Made by a program: the position numbers and the translations under genes. 64,000 nucleotides of DNA from Bacillota bacterium (GTDB lineage: Bacteria > Bacillota > SHA-98 > Ch115 > JABLXJ01), in contig JABLXJ010000006.1 of NCBI GenBank assembly GCA_013178125.1, positions 156,631 to 220,630 of the forward strand. Direction: 5' to 3'. The notes under the pieces are model-generated. The model saw only the letters and a program-made list of their open reading frames with translations, did not search any database and had not been told where the DNA came from. Positions 60,812 to 64,000 of this stretch are shown one piece after another. The first letter of the stretch is position 1. Each line of letters begins with the position of its first letter.

Positions 60812-61501
60812 GTGAAAACCAAAAGCCTTGCGCTGATTGCCTTGCTTTGCCTGACGGCGCTCATCGCCAGCGCCATACCTGCCCTGCCGGCGAGCCCTCG
60901 TTACCGCGATGGGTCGTTTGTTGGCGTCGTCAAGGATGCAAAACGCGGGGACACCGTCGTCGAAGTGGTCATTAAGGGCGGCAAGATAGCCGAGGTCGAT
61001 GTCGTCATGCCCACTGAGGACGAGGTCAAGAAGGAAAACTATCCTCCAGCGCTTGAAGCGCTCAAGAGCATCCCAAAACAGATCGTTGCAAAGCAATCAA
61101 CCGACGTCGATGTGGTAACAAAGGCGACAGGGAGCTCCAAAAAGTATATCGATGCGGTCAAGATGGCGCTCGCGAATGCAGAGCCCAGGACGGGCAAGCT
61201 CCCCGCGGGTGTAAAATGGCATGATGGCACCTACGCCGGCCTCGTCAGGGATCCCAAACATGGCGACTGCGTGGTCGAGGTTGTGATCAAGGGCGGGAAG
61301 ATGACGGAAGTCAACGTGATCGCGCCAACGGCCGAATACATGAAGAATTATAACTATGAACCTGGCAAGGAGGCCTACAGGGAAATCCCGAAGAGGATCC
61401 TGACTGCCCAATCCCCCGATGTCGACGTCTATACCAAGGCGACGGGGAGCAGCAAGAAGTATATGGATGCCGTCCGGCATGCGCTCGAGCAGGCCGAATA
61501 G
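60812..61501 (+). CDS. Secreted protein with two FMN-binding (flavinylation) domains, PplA-like
   Basis: Signal peptide; two repeats Y/WxDGxY/FxG...VEVVIKGGK...I...QSxDVDVxTKATGSS. Confidence 0.88.
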   Translation: MKTKSLALIALLCLTALIASAIPALPASPRYRDGSFVGVVKDAKRGDTVVEVVIKGGKIAEVDVVMPTEDEVKKENYPPALEALKSIPKQIVAKQSTDVDVVTKATGSSKKYIDAVKMALANAEPRTGKLPAGVKWHDGTYAGLVRDPKHGDCVVEVVIKGGKMTEVNVIAPTAEYMKNYNYEPGKEAYREIPKRILTAQSPDVDVYTKATGSSKKYMDAVRHALEQAE

Positions 61502-61585
61502 GATAGGGAGGAGTGACAGGGCCAAGTCCACACCACAGCAGTCCACAGCGTGGGACATATAGCGTGGGAAGGAGAGGAGATTTGC

Positions 61586-61625
61586 GGGAAGTCCCAGCCT
61601 CACACGAGGCGCCTGGGACTTCTCC
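61586..61625 (+). terminator. Hairpin/terminator after FMN-binding gene
   Basis: GAAGTCCCAG...CTGGGACTTC inverted repeat. Confidence 0.5.
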
Positions 61626-61770
61626 GTGCTTATTCTAGTCCGCGTGGGTAATTCACGCGGCTGAATCCTGGACTGAATCCCGTTCTAATCCAAGTCGGAT
61701 TTGATCGGATTTGGTCGTATTCTATTCTGGATTCGGAGGTCAGGCCGATTTGAAGGAAGGATTTGCCCGA

Positions 61771-62898
61771 TTGAAGACGAAGGATAACGGGAGGAAGAGG
61801 CTTCATCTCAATACATCCGGCTTCTATGTAGTGGCCGCCTTATTCATCATCCTAGCTCTTGCAGTCTCCATCCGCCTGGGCCTTTGCCCGGGACTTGCCA
61901 CGGGCTTTAGCCCGGCCCCGGCCGAGAACGGCGATGGAGATGGACCGGTAAGTGGGACCAGATTCATGATGGGAACTGTCGTTACGATGAAGGCCTACGG
62001 TCCCGGGGCAGCAGGGGCGGTGGAGCAGGGTTTCGCACGCGTCAGAGAAATCGAGAATAAGATAAGCGTCAATATACAGGCCAGCGAGGTATCAAAGGTG
62101 AACAGCGAGGCCGGCCTGCGCCCGGTGCGCGTTGGCAGGGACGCTTTCGATATAGCGCGGAGCGCTCTGGAATATGCTGCCCTGACATCAGGTAAATTCG
62201 ACCCCGCTATCGGTCCCATTGTCAAACTCTGGGGGATCGGTACAGATCATGCCAGGGTCCCGGACCCAGATGTGCTTGCGGCGAAGCTCTCCCTTGTAGA
62301 TTACAGAGATGTGATCCTGGATGGTAATCGACACTCAATCATGCTTAAACGAAAAGGGATGGCCCTCGATTTTGGGGGCATCGCCAAGGGGTATGCCGCC
62401 GACGAGGTCGTCCGCATCTTCAAGGAAAGGGGCGTAAAAAGCGCCTATGTGGACCTGGGCGGCAATGTATTCGTCGTCGGGTCGCGTCCCGATGGCAGGC
62501 CGTGGCGGATTGCCATCCAGGACCCCAGGAAGGAGCGGGGCTTCTATGTCGGAATCATCGAGGCCAAGGACAAGAGCATAGTCACATCCGGCGATTACGA
62601 GCGTTACTTCGAGGCGAATGGCAAGCGGTATCATCATATCTTCGACCCGGCCACGGGCCGGCCGGCGGATTCGGGCATCATGAGCGCCACCATCATATCA
62701 GACCGCTCAATCGACGGCGATGCGCTGTCTACGAGCGTATTCATCCTGGGGCCCGAAAAGGGCCTCGAGCTCGTCAACAGATTGCCGGGGATCGAGGCCG
62801 TTATAATCACGACGGACCGGAAGGTTCTTATCTCCAGGGGCCTCGCCGAAAGCGGTGCTTTCACTATAACGAGCAAGGAGTACAGGCTTACACGATGA
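61771..62898 (+). CDS. apbE: FAD:protein FMN transferase
   Basis: FMMGT, FDPAIGP, DFGGIAKGYAAD, DLGGN, VTSGDYERYF, YHHIFDP, DALST; start uncertain (TTG 61771 or 61711). Confidence 0.94.
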   Translation: MKTKDNGRKRLHLNTSGFYVVAALFIILALAVSIRLGLCPGLATGFSPAPAENGDGDGPVSGTRFMMGTVVTMKAYGPGAAGAVEQGFARVREIENKISVNIQASEVSKVNSEAGLRPVRVGRDAFDIARSALEYAALTSGKFDPAIGPIVKLWGIGTDHARVPDPDVLAAKLSLVDYRDVILDGNRHSIMLKRKGMALDFGGIAKGYAADEVVRIFKERGVKSAYVDLGGNVFVVGSRPDGRPWRIAIQDPRKERGFYVGIIEAKDKSIVTSGDYERYFEANGKRYHHIFDPATGRPADSGIMSATIISDRSIDGDALSTSVFILGPEKGLELVNRLPGIEAVIITTDRKVLISRGLAESGAFTITSKEYRLTR

Positions 62899-63323
62899 AA
62901 AAGGGAGACGCGCTCCTCCTAATTGCCATATCGGTCACTGTGGCCCTGACCCTTGCCCTGGGTCACATCCTCACCCCCAGGATGGGGGGAAGTGCCGCGT
63001 CCAGGCTGGCCGTTACGATCAAGGTCGATGGCAGGATGTACCGGACCATGCCCCTGGAGCCCGTGGGACATAAGACCTTCAAAATCAGGACGAAGCGCGG
63101 TGGATACGCGCTCCTGGAGATGCGGGATGGAAAGATTCGCATAGCTGAGTCCAACTGCCCCGAACAGGTTTGCGTAAGGACAGGATGGATATCGAGGCCG
63201 GGGCAATCAATAATTTGCGTTCCCAACCGTGTTATGGTATATATAAATGATATGGATGAATCCGACCACGGCCAGGCGGGCCAGGGCAGCAGCGAGGATG
63301 GCGTGGACGTCATAGTCTACTAA
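62895..63323 (+). CDS. NusG domain II-containing membrane protein (EetA-like)
   Basis: MKKGD + TM, SNCPEQVCVRTGWISRPGQSIICVPNRV; ATGA overlap with apbE stop. Confidence 0.88.
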   Translation: MKKGDALLLIAISVTVALTLALGHILTPRMGGSAASRLAVTIKVDGRMYRTMPLEPVGHKTFKIRTKRGGYALLEMRDGKIRIAESNCPEQVCVRTGWISRPGQSIICVPNRVMVYINDMDESDHGQAGQGSSEDGVDVIVY

Positions 63324-63361
63324 ATTGTAGATGATATTCATATAGGTCTGGAGGCTCTAAA

Positions 63362-63967
63362 ATGTCCGGGACATCGAGGCTTGTGCGATGCGGCCTCCTG
63401 GTCGCATTCAGCCTGGTTCTATATGTTATCGAGGGACTCATACCCGTCCCCTTCATCGTCCCCGGCGCCAAGCTGGGGCTGGCCAATATCATCACCGTAG
63501 TGGCGATCGCTCTGCTGGGGCCAAGGGACGCCTTTATCATTGTTACGGTGCGTACCTTTCTCGCATCCCTTCTAACCGGCAACCTGACCAGCTTCTGGTT
63601 CAGCCTTTCAGGGGCTATCCTGAGCACCTCTGTCATGTCTCTGGCCTATACCCGTTTCGGGGAGGCATTCAGCATTGCCGGGATAAGCATCCTCGGAGGA
63701 ATCTTCCATAATATCGGCCAGCTCTTCGTCGCAAGCCTTGTCGTTGGCACATATGGAATCTATTCCTATTTGCCGCTCCTGCTGGTTGCCGGCACCTGCA
63801 CAGGCTACTTTGTCGGCCTCGCGGCCAGCTTCATCATCCGAACGATGCAGGTCAACCCGTTGTTCCGCCTTCATATGCAGGAGAGCTACCAGGCCGGCGG
63901 CCGGGGAGAAAACAGCGCCGCCCGCAACGCCGCCCACCAGGCCACGGCAGGGCAGGTCGCGAAGTGA
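63362..63967 (+). CDS. Gx transporter family / EetB-like membrane protein
   Basis: IEGLIP..PGAKLGLANI, FSLSG, GGIFHNIGQL, YLPLL. Confidence 0.88.
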   Translation: MSGTSRLVRCGLLVAFSLVLYVIEGLIPVPFIVPGAKLGLANIITVVAIALLGPRDAFIIVTVRTFLASLLTGNLTSFWFSLSGAILSTSVMSLAYTRFGEAFSIAGISILGGIFHNIGQLFVASLVVGTYGIYSYLPLLLVAGTCTGYFVGLAASFIIRTMQVNPLFRLHMQESYQAGGRGENSAARNAAHQATAGQVAK

Positions 63968-64000
63968 CTCAAACCAGGAAACCAGGGATGAAAAGGGATG

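Overview
GC-rich Bacillota (Firmicutes) chromosomal window, probably from an anaerobic, possibly diderm lineage (inference from a beta-barrel-like ORF and a non-lipidated periplasmic-type flavoprotein). Left end: an EndoQ/PHP-UvrD helicase fusion (runs off the window) coupled to DUF763, a YknWXZ-like exporter cassette without its ATPase, a second stand-alone EndoQ paralogue, queG, an unannotated 23-aa membrane peptide and degV. Then the housekeeping nadE-maf-radC-mreBCD-mrdA-minCDE-rodA block. From 22.7 to 46.9 kb there is a co-oriented redox super-locus: DRTGG/kinase/sensory-hydrogenase/PHP module, rseC, [FeFe]-hydrogenase hydDCBA (B subunit with non-bifurcating signatures), spoIID-like gene, rex, nfnAB, fhs, ndk, formate channel, rnfCDGEAB. 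Then SPOR protein, folC, nth, valS, EF-G2, a putative outer-membrane protein, proC, and at the right end a flavinylation-based extracellular electron transfer locus (ubiX, Ndh2-DoxX, tandem FMN-binding protein, apbE, eetA-like, eetB-like). No rRNA, tRNA, CRISPR array or intact transposase was seen. Non-coding signals: a ~50-bp IS200/IS605-end-like palindrome, a ~150-bp branched palindrome, a Rex-like box, many SigH-like promoters and pervasive short tandem stutter repeats. All calls come from motif recognition by eye; no database searches were run.
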